A DNA stretch of 64,000 bases from Vicugna vicugna. Its lineage: Eukaryota. Below, piece after piece: positions 1 through 11,400 of the stretch (position 1 is the first letter of the stretch; each line of letters opens with the position of its first letter). The stretch covers positions 1,426,001-1,490,000 of the forward strand of contig MU057701.1 of NCBI GenBank assembly GCA_013265495.1, read 5' to 3'. The notes beneath the pieces were generated by a model. That model saw only the letters and a program-made list of their open reading frames with translations, was not told where the DNA came from and searched no databases. Made by a program: the position numbers and the translations under genes.

Positions 1-99
1 AGGTGAGGTAGGAATGGCCGGGCATGACAGCAGTGCTCTTGTGCAGGGTAAACGCCTACTGCTGCTGCACTAATTGGGGTCCCAGCAGGAAGCAGATGG

Positions 100-460
100 C
101 GCAGTCAGATGGAGCGGGCTGAGGGGGGAGTTTCACAAAGGCGGAGTTTTATAAAGGGTGGGCCGATGTAGGGACATTGAGAGGCACAGCGCGGCAATCC
201 GGGGCTGGCAGCAGTGGGGAGCCGTTACCACTCCCTGAAGGGGCGAAAGTCGGGGGCAGTTACCCAGACTCGGGCAGGGAGGCTGTGGGGAGAGGGCTGC
301 TGGTCTGCCAGGAGCTGTGGCTTCACTAGCGGGAGGGGACGGATGCCCCACAGTTCTCTTCTCCATGGACCTCCCGCCGCCCCACGGGCCTCTCAGGGTG
401 CAGTGAGGAACTGGAATCCAGGAGGGCAAAGGGAAGACACACAGCGTGGGGTCATGGGGT
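100..460. mobile_element. Old ERVL-class LTR fragment (LTR33/LTR16-like, tentative)
   Basis: Degenerate resemblance to recalled ERVL LTR motifs (gttaccac..cctgaaggg..gcagttacc..ggagagggc..aggagctgtggc). Confidence 0.35.
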
Positions 461-624
461 GTCATCTTTTTTTCCAAAGATTTGAGTACATGTTGTGAGT
501 TGGCCTACAAGAAATGTTGTGATTTCTTAACTCCCCACTAGTAGTCTGAGACTTTAGCCAACTCTGGGCGTTATTAGCCTGTGACCCTCAGGACTGGTTC
601 CTTCTCCAAGTCTCTGGCCACTTT

Positions 625-860
625 TCAGAGAAGCCTTCGCTGACCTTCGTATCTAAAATACCCCAGGTTCCCTCTGTCCCATTATCCACCTTATTTTCTC
701 TGTGGCTGTAATCACTCTTGAAGTTAGATTATTTGTCTACTTGTTTATCTGTTTCTACCTCTTCAATGCAAACTCCACGAGAGGTTGACCTTGCCCGACT
801 CGTCCACGGCTCTCTCTGTAGTGCAATGCCTACTATGCGGTATGTGCACAATAAATGTGG
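625..860 (+). mobile_element. LINE-2 3' end fragment
   Basis: cagagaagccttc..ctgacc..tctaaaata..ttatttgt..aaactcca..caataaat pattern. Confidence 0.6.
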
Positions 861-975
861 GTTAAAGCAATGTGTCCCCCAACCCTTCACCATCGTTCCC
901 TCTGGGAGTATGTTGAGTTCTAATACATACCAGGTTCCTGACGTGCCTCACTGGTTGTTTGTGTCTCTTCTCTAG

Positions 976-1075
976 CTCCCCTACTTCATGAACGAGCTAA
1001 CTCTGACGGAACTCGACATGGGGGTAGCTGTGCCAAAAATCCTTCAGGCCTTCAAGCCTTACGTTGATCACCAAG
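976..1075 (+). CDS. TEX2: TEX2 internal coding exon (SMP lipid-transfer domain region), LPYFMNELTLTELDMGVAVPKILQAFKPYVDHQ(G)
   Basis: Acceptor tctcttctctag at 975, donor GTAAC at 1076; 100 nt; translation matches recalled TEX2; phase 1 joins next exon. Confidence 0.95.
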
Positions 1076-3529
1076 GTAACTCTTCATTGACTCTAACGAG
1101 GAACTGAGCTATCTACTTATACTTGTGTGAAAATGTTTCCATCACTGCAGATTGAATACCAAGGCTTTGTTTTTGGGGGCAGTTGGAGGTTTTTTAACCA
1201 TCTATCTTGTGTTTCGTGTCTTCTGTTATTCACAGTCACAGCCTGACGCTGATGGGGAGTAGATCAGGACTTACCCTCCTCATCCTTCTTGTCTTCTGGA
1301 TCCTTACAGGTTAGAGATGCCCACATGCCAGTTATGGGGCCTGAGCTTTTGTGTGGCCCGGTCCTGGACGGCCACAGCTCTTGCCCGGGTGGGAGACAGT
1401 GGGCTGCATTTCAGGCTGCTCACCCCGCGCAGCCTCACGTGCACACCTGCCCCGCCCTGGGCTCTTACCCCAGGAGCTGCCTCTCCTCAGATGTACTGAT
1501 ATCTCTACCTCGCCCTAACTTCTAGGGTGCACATTCTTTGAGCTTCGAGTTTTACATCTTTCTGTTCCTTGCCACTCCTAGTAGGTGCTCAGTAGGGGTT
1601 TAAAAAATGAAGACTTATATTGTCAGACAGTATTTTGAGAGTAAGGCTCTGTGCTCGAGGGAAGTCCTCAAAACTGGCTTTTAAGACATACCGACACATT
1701 ATTTATGCCTACTTGTGTATGTGTGTGTGTGAAAAGTTGATTAGAATGTGTGAAGAGTTTAAATAAAATTGAGATATAAAGATTTATGTGCATTTTGAGG
1801 CATCTTAGTGGAAAAATGAGTACCCAGGAGTTTGGTGAAAAGAAGACTGAAGTAGGCAAGAAGAGTCACGAACAGGAAGGGAAAAATCTCCCCGTCATGG
1901 AAGCATCCAACTTCTTTCTGTAATATCCCTTTCCAAATGAGCCTCTGTCCACTTAAACTGGATTTAGTTACATTATTCCTCAACGGCTCAGGAACAAAGT
2001 CAGGGAGAAAATAATTGTAACTTTTCAAGAGAGTGAGATTTGTTTTGGAGTAAATGTTTTGTAAAATTTATAGACTATAGCATCTACTTTTGTCTCTGTA
2101 TGACTGTATCAGATGGCTCCTGAACATATTTAGTGAAATCAAGTTCTGTGTTGTATACATTTGATGCAAATACAAAGATTTTTTTTTCTAGCAGTACAAT
2201 GAGCAGCTCCAGCAAATCTCTCTAGCAATATTTCAGCTGACACTGAAGCCCATATTTCCAGGTCTTTTAGCATCCCATCGATTTCAGAGAAGGATAGAGC
2301 AGAGAATTATTTGCAAATCCAGAAGTCCATCTAATAGCCTGGTGAGATCACTTGTGACCACTTGATTGTGTCTACACTTTGATGAATCTGAGTGCTCCTA
2401 GCTTTAGTTAACTTCTGGTTTGCTCAGTAAAACTGGAAAGAGTCTTTGCAAATTGTCTAGCTAGAGTTCTTTTAACTGTATGTGAAATTTTACAAGATGC
2501 ATTATCTATGTGTGGAGTGCAGAGCTAGGATCTTCACCCCACTGGCCTACCAGGGCTGCCTGCCTTCCTCTGGCTCTAGCGGGCTCTGGGTTGCTCTTTG
2601 CTCTTTGTCTCTTTAGGAATTGGCTTGTAACTAGCTGGTAAATGATCAGCTAATATAGACTTCCCGAGAATCAGGCTTAAAGAAAGTAAATAATACGTGT
2701 GCATGCTCTATTTTCTAATGCTTTATCTCTTATCTCAGGACTGTGCTTTGTTGAATTAGTAGAAATTTCCAATAAGAGGGGACAGGGCCACAGCTGGGCT
2801 TTGCAGCATCTAAGAAGTGTCCCTGTGGCTGTGAACTCTGCAGCCTCTCGGGGCAGCTTTGTAAGGCTTTGAGTGAAATTCACCAAATGCCTAAGTCTCA
2901 AGTCTGTTTCTTGTTCCTCTGGAGCTGGAGCTGTAGCAAGACATTTTATTATATAGATCAAAGCTTTGCCAGTTTTTAATCCATTTGAGGCTTACTTAAC
3001 TCCTTTCAGGGCAAGTTTTAGAGATCTGCCTGCTTATGTAACAAGGGAGGAAATGTTACTAAAGAAAGGAATGATAAAGACATAAAGCCTGTGGGTTTTA
3101 AAAGTTTGATCAAATTAGGTTTCCAAGTCTGCGAAAGATACATGTGATGGTAAAACAGAAATGAACATGAAGGGAAAATGTGTCTTAGATACCATTGCTC
3201 TAAGATAAACCTTCCCTTTGTGGGGAATTAAAATCAGGAGTGACTTGTTAAAACTGGCTCTGAGAAGCAGAGCTCACTTTTCAGGGACCTGCCACCCAGA
3301 GTAAAGAAGGCTTCAGCAGCTCTCCTGAGGGGTGCCTCCCGGGGATCCCCCACACCCTTTTAAAAAAAATGTTCCTTAACTCGTGCTTATCTGTTGGAGG
3401 CATATGGCTCAGGAGGGATGTTCGGGCCAGAGCTGTCTGGATCTCTCCACCCTCAGGATTCTTGTCTTGAGGCAATGCAGGGGTGATTCTGAGCTCCAGC
3501 TCTGGAGACCCACTGCCGGATTCATGGCT

Positions 3530-3660
3530 CCGTGGCCTCAGACAAGTCCTTAGCCTCCTCGGTAACTCTTCTTTCAGCTGAGGAGACTGATAGCACCTAC
3601 TTGGTAGCTTAAATGAGTTAATACATGAAAGACACTTGGAAAGCATCTGGTGCCAGACGA
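3530..3660 (+). mobile_element. MIR SINE fragment
   Basis: gacaagtccttagcctc..gcacctac..ttaaatgagttaatacatgaaagacactt core. Confidence 0.6.
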
Positions 3661-5184
3661 GCTTGAAGTGGTAACTACTGTTATTTCTGCTGTCATTACT
3701 GCTGCCTTTGCTGCTGCTGCTCTCAGGGAGTTTAGAAAGTGAGGGGCTGTGGTGTTCAGTTGACCCATCCTACAGCTCAAAGGTGGCAGATCCTACCAGA
3801 ACAAATGGAAAGAAAAAGGTGATTCTGGCAGGTCCACTCACCTACACACATCTTTTGGACCTTGCCTGGGGCCTTTATTCAGTGCTGGGACTGAAGTTAC
3901 TTTGCCCCTGGAGTATTGCGGAAAAATGGAACTAGAGTCGGTCTGTTACCAGCCCATCCTCCAGCTAAGCCCTCATCGAGAGAGCAGCTGCCCAGGGCCG
4001 ATCACAGTGACAGGGTCAGACTGCGAGTCTCAGCGCTGACAAGAATGGCACGTGTACTCTCACCAAATGGTATTGCAAAAAGAAAAAATACTTTCTGTGG
4101 AAAGAGGGGGAAAATACCCTTTCGTGGAACTTGGGTGGGGTTGGAGAGAAGAGACTCTAGATTCGGGACCACGTTGACCTTGGAAGGCAGAGCTGTTTCC
4201 AAGAATAGTTTACAGATAGGGAAAGCCAATCATGATGTCTGTCTTAAAAGACACATCCAGATACAAGGAATACTGGTTTTCTGCCGTATCCGAGTGAGCA
4301 GTATGGCACGAGTCTGTTTGCCAAGAACAAAACAATCACTGATGTGCTCTTCTGAGAGCCGAATGACTCAAACACCTGTTCTTGGTAATATGTCATTAAG
4401 TGTTCCATTTTAAGAGCTTTTGTTCCTTGGATGCCAAACGTTGACTTTCAGAGTGAAAGTCAGCCACTAGTTGCAGGTAGAGGGCAGCGGGGGAGCAGAA
4501 GACATGAAGGCCAGGCTCAGGTGAGCAAGGCTTTAGGGTCTTCTACCTCCTTCTGAGCACCAGGTGCCCCATTAAACCTGTTCCAATGAGACTGAAGCCT
4601 TTTAGTGATTTTGATAATAATACAACAATGAGCTGTGGAGTGAAATTATCAGATTTATGCAGCTGCAGTAGGACTGTTCCTGAAGCCCAGGGGTCTATGG
4701 AATAAACTACCAGGGAGAAGGCGGAAGCACCTGTGTTCTGCTTGTCTCTGGTGACACGCGCCAGGGCACGTGTATCACCGCTGGCGGCCGCACCATCTGC
4801 TCTGCACCAGGTGGCTCAGGCCATCCTTCTTCTTTGAGCATAAACTTCCTGAGGACGGGGATTCATCTCAGCATCTTCAGCTCTGATGTCTTGCATTAAG
4901 AACTCAATAAAATTTGGGGAGTGGAGCTGTAACTTTTGCCACAGTCTCCCTCCAAGTAGCGGTGTGGTGGTAACTGATCCTTCTCTCATGAAGCTGAAGG
5001 GAAACAAAAAGGACCGTACGGGTCCTTGCGTTAAGACTGACTGAAGCTTGTCATTTTCATCATCGGTTGTGTTTCCCCTGTTGCCCAGTGAAGGGCTGGC
5101 TTTATAGAGACCTGTTACAGCCAGGCACCACCCTTCACCACGGGACAGCCTCACCACATGAAGACCCCTTGCGTGGGGGAGATC

Positions 5185-5537
5185 TGCTGTGGCCTGAATG
5201 CTTTGTTCCCCCTAGATTCATATGTGGAGGCCCTAACCTGCCACGTGATGGTATTTTGAGACAGAGCCTTTAGAGGTAATTAGGTTTAGATGAGGTCATG
5301 ATGGAATTAATGTCCTCATGGGACTAGAGACCAGAGACATAACTGTCTCTCTCTCTGCCACATGAGGACAGAGAAGGCGGCTGTCTGCAAGCCAGAAAGA
5401 GAGCCCTTACCAGGAATGAACTGACTGGCACCTTGATCTTGGGCTTCCAACCTCCAGAAATGTGCCAAATAAATGTCTATTGTTTCAGCCCCCCCATGTA
5501 TGATATTTTCTTACAGCAGCACAAGCAGACTGAGACA
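5185..5537 (+). mobile_element. MaLR solo LTR (MLT1A-like)
   Basis: TG...CA ends, typical gatgaggtcatg and gcaagccagaaagagagccc motifs, AATAAA, 5-bp TSD agatc/agacc. Confidence 0.85.
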
Positions 5538-8327
5538 AGACCCTTTGTGTTCCCGCCCTTTCCAGAGAACCTCTCAGGACTGACTGCTTTCCTCCATTTA
5601 AAGACTTTTTAAAAAAATTTCCTGTTCCTCAACTTCTGGTCAGGAGTCCAGAAGGAGCCCTGACCCTGCACTCACCCAGGTGAGGTGCATTCAGCTCATC
5701 AAGAGTTAGGGTGCCACTCAGGGCACAGAGTGTGTCCCCACTTCACAGTGTAGCTACTTCTGTCCCTGGTGGGAAAGCTGTTGATTTCATCTTTCAGTCA
5801 TGCAGCGTGGGGCCCCTGACTGACCCTTTACGTAACCAGTCAGCCTCGGCTCCTGTCGTGTGTGCCAAGGCTTTCAGGGCAGTTTTTGCTGCTGAATTTT
5901 GTCACAGAAGCAAGTTTTTCTTTGTACCTAATGTTAAAATAGTCATCTTACTCTTGTTAGAATGCAAACACGTCATATTAAGATGATTTGTTGGAATGTT
6001 TGCAGTTTATATCTGTTTTTAAAGGTTCTCAAACCATCCTTGACTCCTTCATATCTTCACTGAGAATCTGGGCTGAGCAAGGCCCTGTGGGTGGGCCTCG
6101 TGAGACACAGACAATGAGAGAAAAAACAGACCCCATCCCATACGCGGAGTCTCAGTCAGATGTCCACGCCTCGTCCCCTGCCCACCCCAGACAGGGCTCT
6201 GACTGCCCAGTGCAGCCTCTTCCCTCTGGCCCTGTGGCCTCCTCTGGTCTGGTCCCCAGCGGCCGTGGCAGTAGCAGCATGCTTGGCTGCAGCCAGAGTC
6301 GTGGAAGGAAGGAAGTGGACTGGTGGTGGCAGAGAAGGGGGAGAGCCCTGCCAGCACGTGCCAGGCGCTGGGCTGTCCAAGCCGCGTGGTCTCACCTGTG
6401 CAGGTGAGGAGGCCGGTGCACAGAGTGCACAGAGGTCGAGAAACTTCCAGTGAAACTCAAGCCCTGGTAAACTCAAGCCCTGCTCTGTGTGACTGGGCTC
6501 CAGGTGCAATTCCCTCTTCTTTCTGGCCTCAGCTCCCGGCCAGGGGCTGGAGCACACGTCAGTGACTGGAACGTCCTGATGACTAGGGTGTGGGCCAGCT
6601 GCTTACTAAACCTGTATCCATAGCCCCTCATATAAAAATCAGACAAAACCTTCCACTTTATGACAAGTAAAATTCTGGTGCCTTTAATATGACAACCTTC
6701 AAAGACATACATACAAGTAATATTTATAGGAAACCTGACCAGGATTTTCAAAGGAAATGATTATGTCTGAATTCATACAGCAACCAGGTAGTTTGAGTCT
6801 ATTGATTCTTAAGTTAAATAAAGCTGGAGATATGCCACAATATACGTCTTCTTTATTGATGTTCTATTTATACTGAGTTTAAAATTTATTAATATCGTCT
6901 TTTGCCTTAATCCCCTTTCTGCTGGAAGTGATTAATGACTAAGTAATTGTCTTTATTAAAGCAGATGTGCCCTTTATTTCCAGTAACAGTGCCTTTGAAG
7001 AGCAAGCTAATTAATGATTTTTAAGTGTTTAATGTAAGCAAGAAATAAAGCAGTTTTATGAGTTCCTGCAAAGAAGACATTCACAATTGATCTGCATATC
7101 ACTTAATTAAACCAGGTCATTCCTGGAAAATAATTACCTTCAACTATGATAAAAAGAATTCTGTGAAAACAGAGTGGAAATTATTCTGCCTTTAGTGAGG
7201 AATTACACCACTGGTGGTTACTGAGGTTAAGCAAAGCTTTATGTGAGATGGTGTCCAAATAGGGGATGGGTTATTTACTGTAACTGCTTGAAAAGTCTGC
7301 TGTGTGAACAGTGGTTTTAGATTACCTTCCTGCTTCCTTTTAGATGCTGTCATTTGTCTTACAATGATCTCTGTAAAAAGTTTTTATTAACTTTTAAATG
7401 CTCACTTGAAGGATCATGTTTTGACTGAAAGTCCATGAGGCATGGAATTCTGAGTCAGAAAAATCACAGCATAGCCTGTGCTGCCTGTTGAATTACAGGA
7501 GCCTGGGGTAGAAGGTCGTGAGGTGACCCCTGTTTGCGTTTTAGACTTCCGGTCAGTGGCCACGTCTGCTGGTGATCTTCCCAGTGAAATTCCACAAAGC
7601 CAGAAGCCTCTAAGACATGCCCTCATGGACATGAGTGTCTTTTCTAAGGAACAGGTTTTTAAACTAAGGTTCAGAATGGTTCCCCAGATTTATCTAGATA
7701 ATCCCGGGGCTTGAGCATTAACTCTTTTGTTTCCATTACTAGGCAATTTCCAGAAAGAAGAGGGTTCTAAAACATTTTGTCACCATCCTTATTGTACGAA
7801 GCTAAACTTGAACCATTTTCTGTCCCCCTCCTCTTCCACACCCCCGACAAAAGATAACTTTAAGAAAGACAATGAGTCTCACTTGTGTCTTTAAAGAAGA
7901 GCCAAGCTTGCTGTGAAGTCTCTGCACGTCTCTCCTGCCTCTGGCTGGCGGGGGAGTCAGCAGCAGCCCTCCTCCTGGCTTTGCCCTGGGGCGAGCCACC
8001 TCCTCCTGGCGGGGACTGTGTTTCTCACTGAATGCGAGAAGAACCCAGAGGACAGGACCCTTCCAGGGCTAACAAGTGCACGCACGCACTGTGACCATTT
8101 TAATGGATATTGAAATGCTGGCAGCTTGCCAATGCTCGAACTATTTCCAGATGCTTTTTTCAGTCTCCTCTAGCATGCAATAGCAGTACAGGCAATATGT
8201 GTCTGTAGACTTTCAATGTGATACTTACTTAGATACTTCATAAAATTTTATACTGTTGTTTGTAGTCATGTTTTTCTAGGGGGGGAAAAACTTTTTTTTT
8301 TTTTTTTTTTTTTTACCATTTCTCCAG

Positions 8328-8460
8328 GACTCTGGATCGATTTGGAAATGTCCTACAATGGGTCCTTTCTGATGACTCTCGAGACCAAAATGAATTTGAC
8401 CAAACTAGGTAAAGAGCCTCTTGTTGAAGCCCTGAAGGTTGGAGAAATTGGCAAAGAAGG
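8328..8460 (+). CDS. TEX2: TEX2 coding exon, (G)LWIDLEMSYNGSFLMTLETKMNLTKLGKEPLVEALKVGEIGKE(G)
   Basis: T-run/pyrimidine tract and CAG at 8325-8327, donor GTAAGG at 8461; 133 nt; open in the phase inherited from the previous exon. Confidence 0.96.
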
Positions 8461-11400
8461 GTAAGGGGCTATATGAATTTACTAATCCAACCCTGGGGAA
8501 CCAACTTCTCCCTCCAGCCTTGGAGAAGCACTCTGATACGTAGTAGCCTCAGTGTTGATTGAACTTCCATGTAACTGCTTCCCGACCACAGAGGATTTCA
8601 GGGGAGGGTTTCCCGGTTTCATCTCCCACAGACTGTGAGTGCCCACCTCTGCTCAGTGCTTTTGGCCTCAGTGCTGCCAGTGGGGCACACGGTATTGATG
8701 ACCCAGAAAGCATCCCTGACTCAAACCAGCAGGGCAGGCTGCACAATAAAATGCTTTGTGAAGAGAATCATCAACCAGAAAGTCCCTCCTTCAGCTTGCA
8801 GCCACAAAGAGCAGTACGTGGGCCAGGCTAAGGTCCTTAGGAGGTCTGCCTGCTTTAATCACAGTCAGGGTTATTTATAATTAGACGATTGATTTCATAG
8901 CCAAGAGGGTGCTCCTAAAGTGTTTGAGGAGCATTTCCCCTAAATAATAAATACACTGTTGATTTTCTTATTAAATTCCTCTTTGTAGAAGATGGTGCAT
9001 CTGCTCCTGAGTTTGTTTGATTTAGTAAATACTCTCAGTTTGTGTGATAGTTAATGAAGCTGATTTTTTCTTTTTCTTAGATGCCTAGACTGGATAAGTG
9101 GGACTTTCACATTTCCACACATCTTAAAAATGACTGCTTCTGACCACAAATTTAAATTACATTATTGTTTTTACCAAACTGATCATGCTCACTGGAGCCT
9201 GCTTCTCCCATCTTTAGCCCCTTTGCACGGACTTAACAGCACAATGATAGGAAAATGCCACGAGGAGCCACCTTCTCAGGGTCTGAATATAAATATAAGA
9301 CACAGGCTCTTCGGCTTGTGCTCAGTCACAACGCTGACCTGATGCTTGTGTTTGCACATGAGTGACAGCACAGTAGATGGGGTGGCACATACATTTGAAA
9401 ATGTTCTTTCACTGAGATTTTTCTGGTTTATCCAGGTTACTTAATGAAAATGTACCTATTTTTATTGTTGGAGAACTTAATGTGCTGTATGCAATCTAAC
9501 CTGTATCTGTGCTGTTTTCCTTTCACTTTTCTACTGTTGGGTAAAATGTGTGTGGATTCGGCAATCTGTGGATTGTATTTTCCGGTGAGTGGTGTTCCTC
9601 AGCTCTCCATGCAGCATTTCATAACCCTGTCAGTGCTGAGTCTCGTTTGGACCCATGTGACACCATGAGGAAGCTTGTCCTTTCGCTGTGTTCCTGGACA
9701 TAAAGACACCATTTGTAGACCTAGAGAGGATTAAGATCAGGAGTATTTAAGAGGCTTTCCTGGCAGGGAAAGTCGTTCAGACTTCCTTGGCGTGAATTGC
9801 ACGGCCCTGACCTAGCCCTCTAGTCAGACTCAGCTCCGCCCCTGGATGCCCCGCCCCAGCCCCATGCCCAGTCCAGCGCCATCAGTCCAGTCTCATGACA
9901 CCAGAGTTGCAGAACCAGCTGCCGATAAAACCCAGCACCTTAGGCAGAAGCAGTCTTGAAAATGAGGCCTAACTACCTGGGAGCGGGACAGAGCAGAGCT
10001 CAGTCAGAAGCTTTTGTGCAGGGAGCCCTTCGTGGAAATAGCCCTGTACTGGCCCAAAGCCGCTGGGACTCCATTGGAAAGAAGGGTCTTGGCAGCAGGT
10101 GGGCCCCACCACGATCGGGCCCCACCTGAGATCTTTGCCGCTTAGGTGTTCCACATTCACTGTTAGTCATACGGCTCTCTTGGCGCAATTTCAAGTTCAT
10201 GCACTCTGGTTGATCACAGGATAGACATGTTTCTAAGCAAGCAGTGCTTCTCTAGACTGCATGAAAAAAACCACCTGGGTTAGGAATATGATGGCCTTAT
10301 GTTTAATTTGTAATGTATAGCTAAAGTCATTTTTTTTCTAGTAGAGTCGTATAAAATATTTTGCTTCTTGTGAGGGTGTTAAATGTTAAATATTGATGTA
10401 TAATTGGTTGTCATTTAATTTTAAAAGCAAGGAAAAATGCAATTCAAAAGCACTTCACTTGTGAGGAAAAGATCTGGAAAAATGAGCCCTTAACCCTTTT
10501 TTGCATAAAAGGCCCCCTTGGGAATCTGAGAACTCTAGATCCTTCCCCCAGAAAATGCCTACAGAGGCACCATTCGGTTCACAGTTTCTGGGAACTTTGA
10601 GAGCCTCTAAAAGCCCATCCATACATAAGAGCCTAACCCCAGAAGTGATTCGAGGACCCACTTCTCCTCAGTCAGAGCATGGACTCAACCTGAGGCTAGA
10701 GACCAGAGACCAGAGTCCGTGCACCTGCCTAGTGCTGCCCAGCGCTGACATTTCCCTGAGGAGGCCTCTCCCGGAGCAGCCTGTCTGTGCCTGAAGTGCC
10801 CTCCCTTTAGCCCGAGGCCACCTGTCCTGGGCTTCCCTTCTGGGCAGGGCTTGTCCAGAGCCCGCCTCTGCTTTGTCACTGCTTTTGTCAGTCCCCTTTG
10901 AAGGATGCAAACGACTGTGCCCATGGGGCGTCCCTGAGGAGAGGCTGCTCAGCCTGCAGGCGGTCCTGCTTTCCATTCTTGGGTCATCATCCCACGGGTG
11001 GTGTTGAGTTCAGGTCTCTGCCCTTTCACTCTGGTGAAGGCCCTTCCCTTTGAAATGTGGGTGCACTTTATGTTTGCAGACCTGTTTCCTTTAGTCTTTT
11101 TATTTCCCACCTAATCTTGTTACCTATTGGAGTTATGGTAACTTTGGGGCAGTAAGGCACTCAAAATGGAATTCAGGTGGTGAGCTGAGCAGTCCTACTA
11201 ACTTCAGGAGTCGGCCTGAGGGGACCTCAGCGAGTCAGTAAGGGAACTGCTGTGCATAGCGGCTGCTCTTTAAATGGACAAGCGCACTGCAGTGGGGCAT
11301 TTCCTGGAAGGCACCTGCCCATGCTCCAGCCCTGAAGCCTGGCCGCTGCGCCAGTCCCCACGGGGAGGACTCCTGTGACCTCTGTATTGAGCCACTAGTC

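Noticed and set aside
4442..4462. 9-bp perfect inverted repeat TGACTTTCA-gag-TGAAAGTCA with a nearby weak CTCF-like motif
   Set aside because: Isolated short palindrome, plausible by chance in 64 kb; no supporting context
6790..7400. AT-rich, repeat-free intronic stretch with many TAAT motifs as a possible conserved element
   Set aside because: Cannot be supported without a multi-species alignment; no exon signals found
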